Part shown: positions 12,594 to 24,517 of the stretch, one piece after another | Numbering within the stretch: position 1 is the first letter of the stretch | Layout of the letters: each line of letters opens with the position of its first letter | NCBI GenBank assembly: GCA_023920165.1 | Contig: CP089277.1 | Span: 1,364,001 to 1,428,000 of the forward strand | Source of the DNA: Curvularia clavata | Lineage: Eukaryota | Direction: 5' to 3' | DNA: 64,000 nt | Translations under genes and position numbers: made by a program | The notes under the pieces: model-generated | Database searches by the model: none | Seen by the model: the letters and a program-made list of their open reading frames with translations, nothing else | What the model was told of the DNA's origin: nothing

Positions 12594-15335
12594 TCAAGCT
12601 GGCTCAGCCCAATCAACTTGCTCCGTGACCGGACCTCCTCCGCTTGTCGAATAGCTGATCTTCAGTCGAAGTTTTAGTCTTTGGGGTGGTGGCTGTTGTG
12701 CGTCAGTAGGTACTCATCGAAAAATAGTTTGTGCATGACTTACGCCATTAACGGCTGTGACCCGCATTTGCTGGGTCGCATCCTGGCCTGCATCCAACTC
12801 GCTTGTACTAATAGGTTGCAGTTGCAGCTTTTGACTCTTGGGTACAGCAGCCTGCAGGTTGACACCTGATAGCTGGCTGAGGCTGCCAGTGTTGCGGAAT
12901 CGTGCAAGAACTTGTACTGCGTTCGCGTCCCGCTTGAGCTGGAACGTAATGTGAAGGTCGTTCTTGTTATATGCTTGATGTGCAGGCGGACCAGACACCA
13001 CAGGTGCCGCATTTTGAGGTGGTGGTGAGGACATACCACCAAGACCGCCGAGCAGGTCAGACGATGCTGCCTGTGGAGGCGCCCGGGATTGTGCAGGGGC
13101 CGGGGAACTACTCGGGCCAGAATTGAAGAGATCCATAATGTTTGCAACATTCGACTGTGGCGCCGGAGAAGACGTTTGAGGAGGAGATGAAGCACCGCCC
13201 ATAATGTCTGCGAGCAGATCCTGGCTGTGTTGTGTCCCGTTGGCGGCACCATTTGTGTCAGCGGATGGACCGGAGTCGCCCATGAGATCCAGCAGCAGAT
13301 CTTCAGTTGCTGCCTGTGCAGGCTTCTTCTTCGCGATCTTCGAGTGACGCTTCTTGGTAGCCTCTCCCAGTACACGTGACTCCTCCCGAATCTCGGGTGG
13401 AGGCATCTTCTCCAAAACGCCTCTCCTGATCTGGTCATGGCCAAACAAGTTGCCGTACTCTGCAGCACGTTGTTGTATCTCCACATCAAGGTTGGCTGCG
13501 TATCGTTGTAGTAGTCGCCGTAAACGTTCGATTTGCGCAGGATCGCTTAGTCGTGTCGTCAATTTCATGGACGCTGTGATGATGTATTGCTGGACGACCA
13601 GGCCAGCGTAGCTGCTACCGAGTATCGTTTCAAAGAGATCCACAATGTCGTTTTCTCTGACTTCTTGAACAAGCTCTTCTTCCTCATATTGGCCACCGCG
13701 TAATAGAGCATCGCCGTATTCTCCAATCACCCAAGAGCCAGCCAGGGTAAGGCCCTCTTGTGTGATGTCCTCCTTGAGTGCGGCATAAAGCTTCTGCACT
13801 GAGTAGGTTTGGAGGTCAGGTGTAGTAGCAATGAGTCGAACAAAGGATGAGAGAATCTGCTCTTTGACATAGTTACCTGCCTGCATCGCATGTTAGCAAA
13901 GAATAAATGACCTAGGCGTCACGGGCTTACCAGTTTCAAGACACGCAGCATCGTGTCAACATGCCACCTCTTGTTCGGCGCAAAGCGGTCTGCCGCAATA
14001 CCGATCTGGGAGGTCATTACAGGCTTGAACTCATTGTCGGCAACTTCTAGGAAAGCCAACAGCTCCCGTATCAGTACTCGTACGTTGCTCTCGTTGATCA
14101 ACGTAAAACTGAGATCAAGCGCTCTTCTCCTGATACTGATATCCGGGTCTCGCAGACAGTCTAGGATGGTGTTACGATGTCGCTGTACAGCGTTGGGTTC
14201 GACTGCAACAACTTTGATCAAGGTGTTGAGGGCAACATATCTGATGTTGTTGTCTCGGTTCGACAGGAACTTTCCTAGGATGTTTACACCAAGCACACGA
14301 AGCCCAGAATCCGCCTCAATGTCGAGGATAGTAAGCACGGCTTCGTAAAGAATTGAATTACCAACGTTCTTAGAAGAGTCGGTGTTGGTGGCGACCTGGG
14401 CGAGGATGTCATTTATTTGCTCACTGACCTGAGCGTCACCGCGGGCGAGGACACGCAAAAGCTGCAGTATCTTGCATTGCAGGAACGGGTCAGTGATGCC
14501 GGTCACATCGTGCTCGGGGGCATAGCCGGAGGACGACAGCCCCTTCAGTATCTTGACCAAGCTGGGTACAGTCGGCCTGAAGAGGTCCCGTACGCCATTC
14601 TCGTCATCTTCGTCTTCGTCTGCCTGGCACAGGTTCTCGACCAGAGTGACACCACACAGCAAGACTCCGTGGTTACGGTCTTGCAGCAGCAATTTGGCTT
14701 TTTCCAAGAAATGTTCCTGCAAGTCGGGAACCTTTCGACATATCCTCATGGCGCAGATTGCGGCTTTGCGACGTATGTACGGATTCGCGCTCGATATTAT
14801 CGTTTCGACTTCCGGAAATAGATCTCGAGCCATTTCAACGGAAGCAATGTTTCCGAGAGTACAAAGGGCGAGACCGACGATGTACTGGTTGGCATGATTC
14901 AGGTCGCTGCAATTTGGTCAGCATGCGCGATATAGCTTTGGGCTCGATGAAATGCATACTTCTTCAGTGAGTTGGTCACTAGGGTCAAGACCTCCTGGTT
15001 CTCGTCCAGGAGCAGCATAGTTCCCAGATATCCCAGCCGCTTGTCTGCAAAACGGGGAGAGGCCAAGAGCTTCAGACATTCAATCTGCCCAAAATGTGTC
15101 CTCTCACCCAGTGTGAAGAGATATAGGAGCTTCGCGACATTGTTTCGCCTCACATTGGAATCGTGGCTCTCCTCCCTAAAGCTGGCGCGGATTGCCGCAC
15201 TCTCCTTCTGGACAACGGCACGCTCATCGGCAATCGTCTTTGCAGCGCGCACGTTGCGAATAAACTGCTTCACTGTAATTCTTAGCACATGTCCATAGCT
15301 GCGGGTGCTGCGATGCTTGGCGTACAGGAAGCCAT
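12594..15335 (-). CDS. APL4: AP-1 adaptor complex gamma subunit (~844 aa)
   Basis: [21 protein letters not shown] start via a 10-nt first exon; adaptin N-terminal trunk; C-terminal ear ([13 protein letters not shown]...LKLRLKISY). Introns 15325..15273, 14959..14907, 13930..13881 and 12743..12693. Confidence 0.95.
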
Positions 15336-16254
15336 TGCGGTGGCCTCTTGGACCCCACCCGAGCAACGTTCAAGAGCTCGATTTAGACGCGGCTGTGAAG
15401 AAGGGAGGGATGCTGTTCGGTGGGTAGGATCAATCGGGCACGGGCAACTCCACGTATTACTTTTGGGGAGGCTTGGTTGTTGACAGCGTTTGGGGACGGC
15501 TTCCACCTGGCCGGGCCGTTATTTGTTCCAGATGTCGGACGCACCTCCACCGACAACGATGACAGCGCCCACGCTATCGCAGCGATGACAAACCCCTTGG
15601 ACACGCTGCACGCCGCTGCTATCACTCTCGTCGAATATTCTGCCTTGTGATTGCTTCAGTACACAACTTCTTGCCTCGCTCTCAATGAGTCCCATGTGTT
15701 CATTTCCATTGCGGTATCCAGCTGGCTGCGACAGATTCCTGCCACGCGAGTCAGACCCAACCAAGACAGCTTGCTCCAGCTACGCAGACGCCTACACACA
15801 GCCATCGGGTCCCGCCTTAGTCCATGTATAGCACATATCGAATCAAATCATGCCGCTACCCGTGAGAAAGGCGCCTGGGCGTAGTCTTATAACACATCTT
15901 GGCAAAAGTTCTTGATTTTTGTTGCACTGCCTGCGGTGGCAAGCGCGTCTGACCTGTGATGTAACCAGCTCCGACAGCTAACGAATACTAGACGACTGTC
16001 GACCACGACAGAATACGTGTGCACAAGCGGCCCCCAGCTAAACAATACCACGTGGTGGTCGGGTCTTGTCACTACTCGATCCCTGTTTTATAATGCTACA
16101 CGGATATTCGGAAATCTTACCTTGCCATCTATTCCCATATAAGGACCGAGGACCAGTGACCGTGTGGGTTTGCTGATCATATTCTGGCCTGTCCACGTTT
16201 CGGTCCCCCTTTGCACCATCGCAGCCTCAACATGCGCATACACTTTTCCTCTTA

Positions 16255-18231
16255 ATGGCTGAATCTACTATGGCTGAATCTACCTCTGTTGACACAAAAG
16301 CCCATAATGGGGACACGGAATATCATTCGCCGCGACCGCGCAAACCCACAAGAAACGACCTCCTTAAGCCACAACTGAGCGATGAGGGGTACAATAAACT
16401 AGGCGTTTTGAAGGAATCTGCGTCTGCTGTCTCTAGGTATTGTCAACATGCTTTTTCGCGCAACAGAAAACTAACTCTCAGCAGTGGCAGATCGACCCCT
16501 ATACCCGCCGATGCCCCGCCTTCCGTCCAGGCTTCGTCGTCTGCGCGCCGACAGATACGCGCCCAGCACAAGCAGCGCATATTCCCCACCGTGTACTACC
16601 AGAATCGCGTCTCGCACTTTGACCCAAACAGCGACCATCATGATTTCCGCGGCTTCTTCGTTCTGTTTTGGATTGGACTTGCCATTATGGTTCTGACCTC
16701 AGTGCTCCGAAACCTCACAGAAACCGGATACCCTTTCCAGATTAGACAATGGGCGTTATTTAAGGAAAAGGTGCTTGAGCTGGGCCTGGTTGATGGTGCC
16801 ATGGTGTGCAGTACAGCAGTGTTACTGCCCCTCCAAAAGCTATTCCTCAAGGACAAAGTACTTCGCTGGAACACGTACGGCATGGTCATACAGAGCGTAT
16901 ATCAAGCCATCTGGCTTGCCTTTTGGACTGCGTATGTTGTCTCTTCATCGATTGTGCGACCCAAGCTAACAGCCGTCAAGATATCCCTTCATCCGTGATT
17001 GGAGTTGGACAGCTCAGGTGTTTTTCACTTTACATTTGCTTGTAATCTTCATGAAAATGCATTCATACGCGTAGGTTTGCCACAAATGTACCAACAATTG
17101 CCGCAAACTAACCTTTTCCAGGTTCTACAATGGTCATCTCAGCGAGACCCTGCGACGTTTGAACGATCTCGATACACCTGATCAAGCTAGCAAAGTGGCA
17201 GCAGTCCGATACCCCAGTCCTCGCACCCATCTGCACGAGATCCCACAGTCGCCATCCAAAGATGAGACAGAACCCAATAATGCAAACGCTGAATACGTCG
17301 GTCATTTACGGGAGGAGCTTGCGTTGGAGCTTGCATCGCCTCTGGGCAACGTCTCGTATCCCAATAACCTCACCTTTTACAATTTCGTTGATTACATCTT
17401 CTGTCCAACGCTCTGCTATGAGCTTGAGTACCCTCGGACCACTCATATTCGCTGGTCCGAACTGTTCTACAAGACGCTGGCAGTATTTGGATGCATCTTC
17501 CTCATGATCATCACTGCTGAAGACTTCATCCTTCCGGTGCTGGATGTGTCCGCCGTGCGACTTCACAACTCAAATAGCGCATCAGACTTTGCATTGATTC
17601 TGGGTGAGACGATTGGTCGTCTCCTATTCCCTTTTATGATTACTTTTCTCCTGGTATTCTTAGTCATCTTTGAATATGTTCTAGGCGCATTCGCAGAAAT
17701 CACACGTAGGTCTACGCAACGCTGCAAACATTTCCCCGCTCACATGTTGCAGGCTTTGCTGATCGTCAGTTCTACGCCGACTGGTGGAACAGCTGTGACT
17801 GGCTTGAGTTCAGGTACGATTGTCAATGCTCTCTTTTTGCTGGCCAGGGTCTAACATACTTCATTAGTGCCGAATGGAACATTCCTGTGCACCAGTTCCT
17901 TCGTCGGCATGTGTATAGTGCGTCGAAGAATCACATGTCGCGACCGCTGGCTATGGTAATCACCTTTTTCATCTCGGCACTAGCGCACGAGCTGGTCATG
18001 GGCTGCATCACCAGAAAGTTCAGAGGCTATGGCTTTGTGGCCATGATGCTGCAGATGCCCATCGTCATGTTGCAGCGGAGCAAATGGGTCAAGGGCCGTA
18101 CACTGCTGAACAATGTGCTGTTCTGGTGCAGCATGATCCTGGGGCTGAGTATGGTAAGCTGACACACTTCGGTCGAACACTGCCAGATTGCTAACTACAG
18201 ATAGATGTGCGCATTGTATGTACTTGTTTAA
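16255..18231 (+). CDS. ARE2: Sterol O-acyltransferase (ACAT/Are1-Are2 family, MBOAT, ~559 aa)
   Basis: MKMHSYAFYNG, PTLCYELEYPR, RFADRQFYADWWNS, WNIPVHQFL and catalytic SALAHE. Introns 16437..16481, 16932..16980, 17071..17121, 17706..17752, 17814..17867 and 18154..18204. Confidence 0.93.
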
Positions 18232-18939
18232 TTCGCACTGTTAGAAGTTTCGGCATTACTCGGTGTGTATATAGTGGGAATTTGTTGCTGCGTCAGCAGC
18301 GATGGGATAGACTTGCGAATACCCCTTTCACTTGTCATCTTCTTGTCTCTTTGCTTTGAAGTTACAAATCATACTTGCGCCCAATCTGCTTTGAAATAGA
18401 CAATAGATCGCATATATTCGTGGCGCAGTTGCAAAGCGGACGAATCTGACAGCCTCGCAAGCTTCACCAAAGACTGTCTGGTGTGACGTAGCGGCTTCGG
18501 CTTAAATTCAATGCCGGTGCTTGGCAGGGAGCTTGGGTGGAGCAGCGGGCGACCCCGCAGCCTCGCGCGCCGTGAAGCAGCGAATAGCAGGGATGACGTC
18601 TAATCAACAACACGTGCAATCTGAGCGCGCCATGCCTCTGTCGTACGCGCTGAACGCCTTGGGATCCGACCAGGCGTGGTACTAATGTATGGCTACCTGC
18701 TCTAGATGTCCAGCGAGACCCAGCCGGAGCAATTCGACATCCGTCCCTGCGTCGTAGTGATTTCATCGTCTGTCACCGGACCCGGTTAGTTTGCTCTACG
18801 GCTACATCGGAACATCACAGTCCACATATTACACCTTATCCAGGGCGTGACCGCATAAGCCCTAGGTCTTCTTACTCCATATTCTCTGCAATCTTCTTGT
18901 ACTTCCCTCAGTCTCTTTCAAATCCTAGGCACATCCGTC

Positions 18940-20797
18940 ATGGCGGAATTACACGAGGCGCTTGCGTGCCTCCGGCCTAGAGACTTCAGTGACGTTCCGA
19001 CCAACAATCTCGAAGAGTTTTTACTAGATATACTAGCCAAGGCAGAGCTGATCATGAACTCTGTGCCTCCCCCTCCCAATGGCACGCCCTACGAGTCGGC
19101 ACAGCGGACGCGAACCGAGCAACAACCTGCGACAAGCTCCAAGGACCTCACAATCTCACAGGTGCGACGGCCGCCGCCAGCTTCGGAGCACGAGGAGCTT
19201 CAAAAGCCATGGGGAAAACCTCTCAAACTTAGCAATGGCGATGCCGCTACAGGAATGAGCGTGTTCAAGATGGCTGGGAAAGATAGACATGGAGCGTGGT
19301 TCTCGCGGGCTAGCGTACATGAAGGCCTGGGATTTAAGAAATGGAAGCGCGCCATGCAGAGAGAATTTGCTGAAAGCCTGAAAGTCCAGGGTGGTCCGGG
19401 AGAGGGCAATGTGCGAGGTATCGGAGGAGATCAGAAACTCGAGGATATTACAGTAGACGGTGTCGGACAGCTACAAGGTATGTATCTGGCATACAGTCTG
19501 AGACAGACAGAAAACTGATGGTATCGTAGTATATCAGCTTTCCGCCCAGTTTCCAGGTCCAACCTCACCCCGAGAGTTTATTACACTCCTTATCTCCTCC
19601 GATACCTGCCTATCGGATGCCTCAAAAATCGGAAGCTCAATACCTCGACACTATATGGTTGTGTCTATACCCGTCTCTCATCCGAATGCGCCTCCACGAA
19701 GTAATATGGTGCGAGGCTCCTATGAGTCGGTCGAGATGATTAGGGAGATACCATTACCGGACGGCGACGCCGAGACCAACCCAGTCGAATGGATAATGAT
19801 CACACGCAGTGACCCCGGGGGCGGCATACCTCGCTTCATGGTGGAACGAAATGTTCCCAGCAGTATCTGTCAAGACGCAGTCAAGTTTCTCGACTGGGCG
19901 TGTGCAAAGGACGACGACGAGTCAGTAGCAGCAGACACACAAGATTTGCATGAAGCTAGGCGCAGCATGTCCGTTACAGGTTTGAACGGTATTTCTGCGG
20001 GTGTGGGAACCAGTATAGCGGATAATCCCCCGCACCAGAGCGGTCATTCGGATTTACAACGCACTGATTCGACGAGCTCATCGAGTACCTCCTCAGCAGA
20101 CTCGTTTGCCTCTGCCGAGCAGTTTACTACTGCACGTGAGGGTCTTCCGATCGATACATCGATTCCAACGCCATCAACAGCATCTCAACAGTCCTTACCA
20201 ATAGTAGATGAACATCTTCAAAACAAAGAGCTTCAGAAGATTGAAGAGAGAAAGGATCAACTCAAGATGAAGTTAGAGCATGCTCAGGGAAAACTAGACA
20301 ATGATCTGCAAACCGAGAGCTCAAAGACAGAGAGAGAGATACAGAAGGCAAATGAAAAGCATGAGAGGGAGAGGAAAAAACACGAAAACAAGTATCAGAA
20401 AGAGATACGAAAACTCGAAGAGCGTCGAGAGAAGGAAACACGAAAGCTGCTTGCACGTCAACAGAAAGAAGCGGCTAAGAACCAACTCACTAAGACTCAG
20501 CGAGAGCGTGACGAGTATAAGCAGCGAGTAGAAATCCTAGAGCAGGAGAACAAACTGCTTAAGCTACAGATTGGCGAGCTACAACACGAAAACACTGCTA
20601 TTGTTTCTCGGCTAGGCAAGACCGAGGAGGGGATCAAGATCTTGAAGTCAATCAAGGAGCAGGAATGGGATCTCAGAGGAAGGTCAGATTCTGGGAGTTC
20701 CCAGAAAAGCGGGAGGAGTGGGAAAAGCGGAAGAAGAAGTAAGAATTCGAGTGACTCGACGAGCACGCTAGCAAGGGCGGGAACCACTCATTTCTGA
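18940..20797 (+). CDS. DUF3074 (START/Bet v1-like) domain protein with C-terminal coiled coil (~601 aa)
   Basis: WFSRASVHEG, YQLSAQFPGPTSPREF, GSYESVEMIRE and VEWIMITRSDPGGGIPRF motifs; charged heptad-rich C-terminus. Intron 19478..19529. Confidence 0.8.
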
Positions 20798-21663
20798 GCG
20801 TTTGTGGAGACTCTTTCGTTCTTCCTTAGCGTAGGCGTTCCTGTGTGTTCTTTTCTTCCTAGGTCACATCCATTTTTTGTTCGGCAAGCGATATCCTCGT
20901 TTTCGATGATGGGCTTCTTGGGCTGCATTGAGATGGTGCATATCATCATTGGGCACAGACAATATTGTTAGATACCAGTGGTGTGGAGGTGTGGTAGACT
21001 TAATGGATTGTCATGTTCTCACTTGAAATTAGAGGCTCTTTTACCTGGTGAGACATGGGCTTACCAGGTATGATCTGCCCCACCATGACAAACACCTTCG
21101 GTCTCCGACATTGACACCTTTCTCAACCAAAGCGCATCTCCCACCTGCAAAGAAGAACGAATCCATCCATTGCACTGCATTTCGGAAAAGGTGGGGATAT
21201 TCTTGATTACTCTCATATTAGTTTTTGCTCTCAGCCTTGCGTCGCCCGCATCACAAGTCTCAGCAAGCGAGCATCCTCGGCTTCGCATACCGAAAACGTG
21301 TGCCCGATCTCATCTCTTTGCTTTTTGGCTACCTCCGTCGAGAAAAGAGGTTCACACCGCAAGTTTTGTTGAAAGGTGTTGAGAATATAGGAAAAATTTC
21401 TTCTCAATCTTTTTCGTGTTGACGCAAACTCAGGGGCTTCACACAGAAGTTAAAAGAGCCACACAATTAAAAGCAGGACAAGTTAAGAATCACGAAGACA
21501 AGTGTACGAAAACAACAACCATTACCCATCAGAGATAGTCTGATTGAGCTTAGGCTGCAACGAGAAGAAAACTTGATTCCAAGGGAAAGATTTTATTTGG
21601 CGGAAAACCAGAGGTGCGTGATGACCGCAAACAGAGCATCTTCTAGTATTGACAAAAGAGAAG

Positions 21664-22521
21664 ATGATTAAGCCTACCATCCTCGCCTTGCATGGCTCAG
21701 GCAGTAATGCCATGATCCATTCAGTCCAGATGGCGAGACTGAACAAAGCTATCGGCTCGGATTTTGAGATTGAGAGCTTGGAAGGTATGTCTTTATATTC
21801 TTGCAAAAACGCACTTTTAAACGACTTTGCAAATACATGCATCAAGATTTTTGTTCAGCATATACATAAGAAGCTGACAACCTCTCCAGCACCCTTCCCC
21901 TCCCAACCGGGCCCAGGAGTTCTTCCTTTCTTCGACGGCTGCGGCCCCTTCAAACGCTGGGTCAACTTCCCAGTCTCCCCCTCAGAATCTAGAGCAGGAA
22001 CATCCACCAACGTCCTGCCGGTAGAAGTCGAATACCTCGTTCGCAGTACTGTCCGCCGCATCCACTCTAACGGCGGCCAAGTGGTCGGCCTAATCGGCTT
22101 CTCGCAAGGCACCCGCATCGTCAGCGGCCTGCTCAAATGCGCAGAAATTGTCAAAGAGCTCAAGGCCAAAGGTGAACCAGTGGACGATCTAGACTGGTGC
22201 GACTGGAAGTTTGGTCTCATTATCTGTGGCAGTTTTCCCCCACCACTCTTGGCTCAATCGATTACTTCTGCACTCAAATCTTCGAAGCTGTCAGAGGCGG
22301 AGCAGAATGAGGTGATTGAGAAGAAGATTTCGATTCCGACTTTCCATGTGCTTGGAAACCAGGATGAATACAAGTGGTCGGCGGATATGCTGCTTGAGCG
22401 GTGCTATGAGGTGGCGGAGGGGAAGAGCACAGTGAGAGAGTTGGATATAGGACATCATTATCCTGTTCAGCAAGAGAATACCGACGAAATGGTTACGTGG
22501 ATGAAAAAAGTTTCGAAGTGA
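21664..22521 (+). CDS. FSH1/LovG/CtnB-like serine hydrolase (esterase, ~250 aa)
   Basis: ILALHGSGSN, APFPSQPGPGVLPFF, nucleophile GFSQG, PTFHVLGNQD and GHHYP. Intron 21785..21889 (105 nt). Confidence 0.88.
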   Translation: MIKPTILALHGSGSNAMIHSVQMARLNKAIGSDFEIESLEGMSLYSCKNALLNDFANTCIKIFVQHIHKKLTTSPAPFPSQPGPGVLPFFDGCGPFKRWVNFPVSPSESRAGTSTNVLPVEVEYLVRSTVRRIHSNGGQVVGLIGFSQGTRIVSGLLKCAEIVKELKAKGEPVDDLDWCDWKFGLIICGSFPPPLLAQSITSALKSSKLSEAEQNEVIEKKISIPTFHVLGNQDEYKWSADMLLERCYEVAEGKSTVRELDIGHHYPVQQENTDEMVTWMKKVSK

Positions 22522-24517
22522 GGAAGGGTAGGTGCAGTGAGATGACCACGGTCGTATTTCACGTAGCATGTTTGACGGCACGGATAGAATAGATTGATGG
22601 ATTTTTCGATTTGAAATTCTACTGTTCAAAAGAGAAAATGTTGGTCTTGTCCTTCTGTTATCTCATTGTTGTGCACGTTTGGCTACTAGAGGTTGTCTTT
22701 TGCAGAAAAGCATTTCTCTCGCAAGCTTGTAGCGGCAACATGAGTGGATGACGGGCGGAATCTCGGAGCAATACAGTGGAAAGAAACAGCAAAAGTTAGG
22801 CTACTGTGGCTATCGAAGTTATAACGTATAAGGTATCTGCTACTGACTGTTTATATGTCCTCATGGTAGCCACGCTTTACACACAATGATAACTTAAACT
22901 CATGCGTTTATACCAGACGTACAATTGTAAAAGCTTCCGGCTACTCGACTCAACTCTCGGGTGTTTTTGGAGTTGTACTTGTAGTTGCCAATATGTATGT
23001 ATACAACCTTGGTCTTTCGTACTATCATACAACTATATCCGTTCACAGTGCCAAAGAAACTTTGTGCCGTCCGTTGAAGTAACATTTGCAAGCTATTTAA
23101 AGCAGCTGAAAAAAATGGAACGGGTACGAGGACGGTACCGAGAACACCAAGTCTATCTTGTAGCTACACTACCTATCCGATGGGATCATGATACAGCCCA
23201 GGAAGTGAAATGCAAAAGTCAACAATCTTGGAACTTCACCCTCAGTCTAGCTTCTGCAACTAGTATTGAGTTGCCAAACCGGAGGCCCGGCTAGATCTCC
23301 TTCTGAAGAAATGTTGCTCACAGAGGTTCTCAAAACAAAACACCTCAACCGCCTACGCCCAATATCCGCGAAAAGCAGTTCCTATCCCCGCATCATGCAG
23401 CCATCTATCAGCATTGCCGATAAGTCTCGAATCCAGACCTATGCATGACAAAGCCTTGCTGCCCAAATTCCCATGTGCCACGGCTTTGTCGAGCATATTT
23501 GCAAGCTCACGTACAAGGTATCGGAAGGCGTATGAGCCTCCAACCGATACTCTGCTCCTCGGAGCAAAAACAAACCCCCCACCCAGTTCAAACCCTGTCC
23601 TTCCACCCTCCCAACCGCAAAAGAAAAAACCAGAAGCGTCTATAGAAAAGCCGCGAGGTTATCCCGTCCTAGGTACGTTTGTCTTTACCCCATCCCCTTA
23701 GTTTGGCCACACAATACGCCGATAGGACCGACACTTCCGCACCTACCGTACCGCACCTAACTACGGGGTTGCCGACAGGGCTAGTGAGGTGTATACCCGT
23801 CGCTAGCAAGGCCCCCGAACTTATCGCAACGAGGGTGCATGGCCTTCAAGCGGAGGGAAAGGTGGGGAAGAGGGGGGATGGTCCCAGACCAGCGGTCTGA
23901 GAAAAGCAAGCCCATGCATGCAGAACGACATCATGGTTGCGGTATTTGGGGGTCATTGACCGATTAGGTTTCAGCCTAAGCTTGTGAGAGAAACAAGAAA
24001 AGAAGTAAGCAGTAAGGTTGTTATTGGGGGCCAGGGTCGTGCAAAGGGTCGTCGTCGAGCTTGGGGAGTTGACACCTTCTGTGGTGATGGGTAATGTTGA
24101 CCAGCGCTATGTTAGCTTGGTGTAGCATGGATCTTTGTATCGGTCATATTTCCTTGCTCTTGCTGCTGCTAATGGTGGCTGTGTAGGTTTCAAGTGTACA
24201 TATTCACAATGTTTCCGTGCTTCGCGTAGTAGTCGTCGGAAGCTGCACCGGCTTACACAGATGGAAGTCTAGATGTGGTGGGGGGGTGATGTGGGGCGCG
24301 ACGCATCAATTCACAGTCTTGGCGACGTAAGGTGAGTTGCGCTCACGAGTCACGTCTGGTATGATAAGGGGAGATCAATGAGTGGTGTACTTGGATAAGT
24401 AATTTGTAATATTACTGGGATCTGGCCGTATACGCTGGCACAGCAATGCTCATATGGATAATCAGAACAGTAATCTAGGAAGAGACAGAAACCGCCAAGA
24501 TGCAGGGAGGAGCCAAA

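Noticed and set aside
22902..23900. Several 60-130-aa ORFs downstream of the esterase
   Set aside because: They show no motifs, no coherent splice model and no transposase or RT signature.
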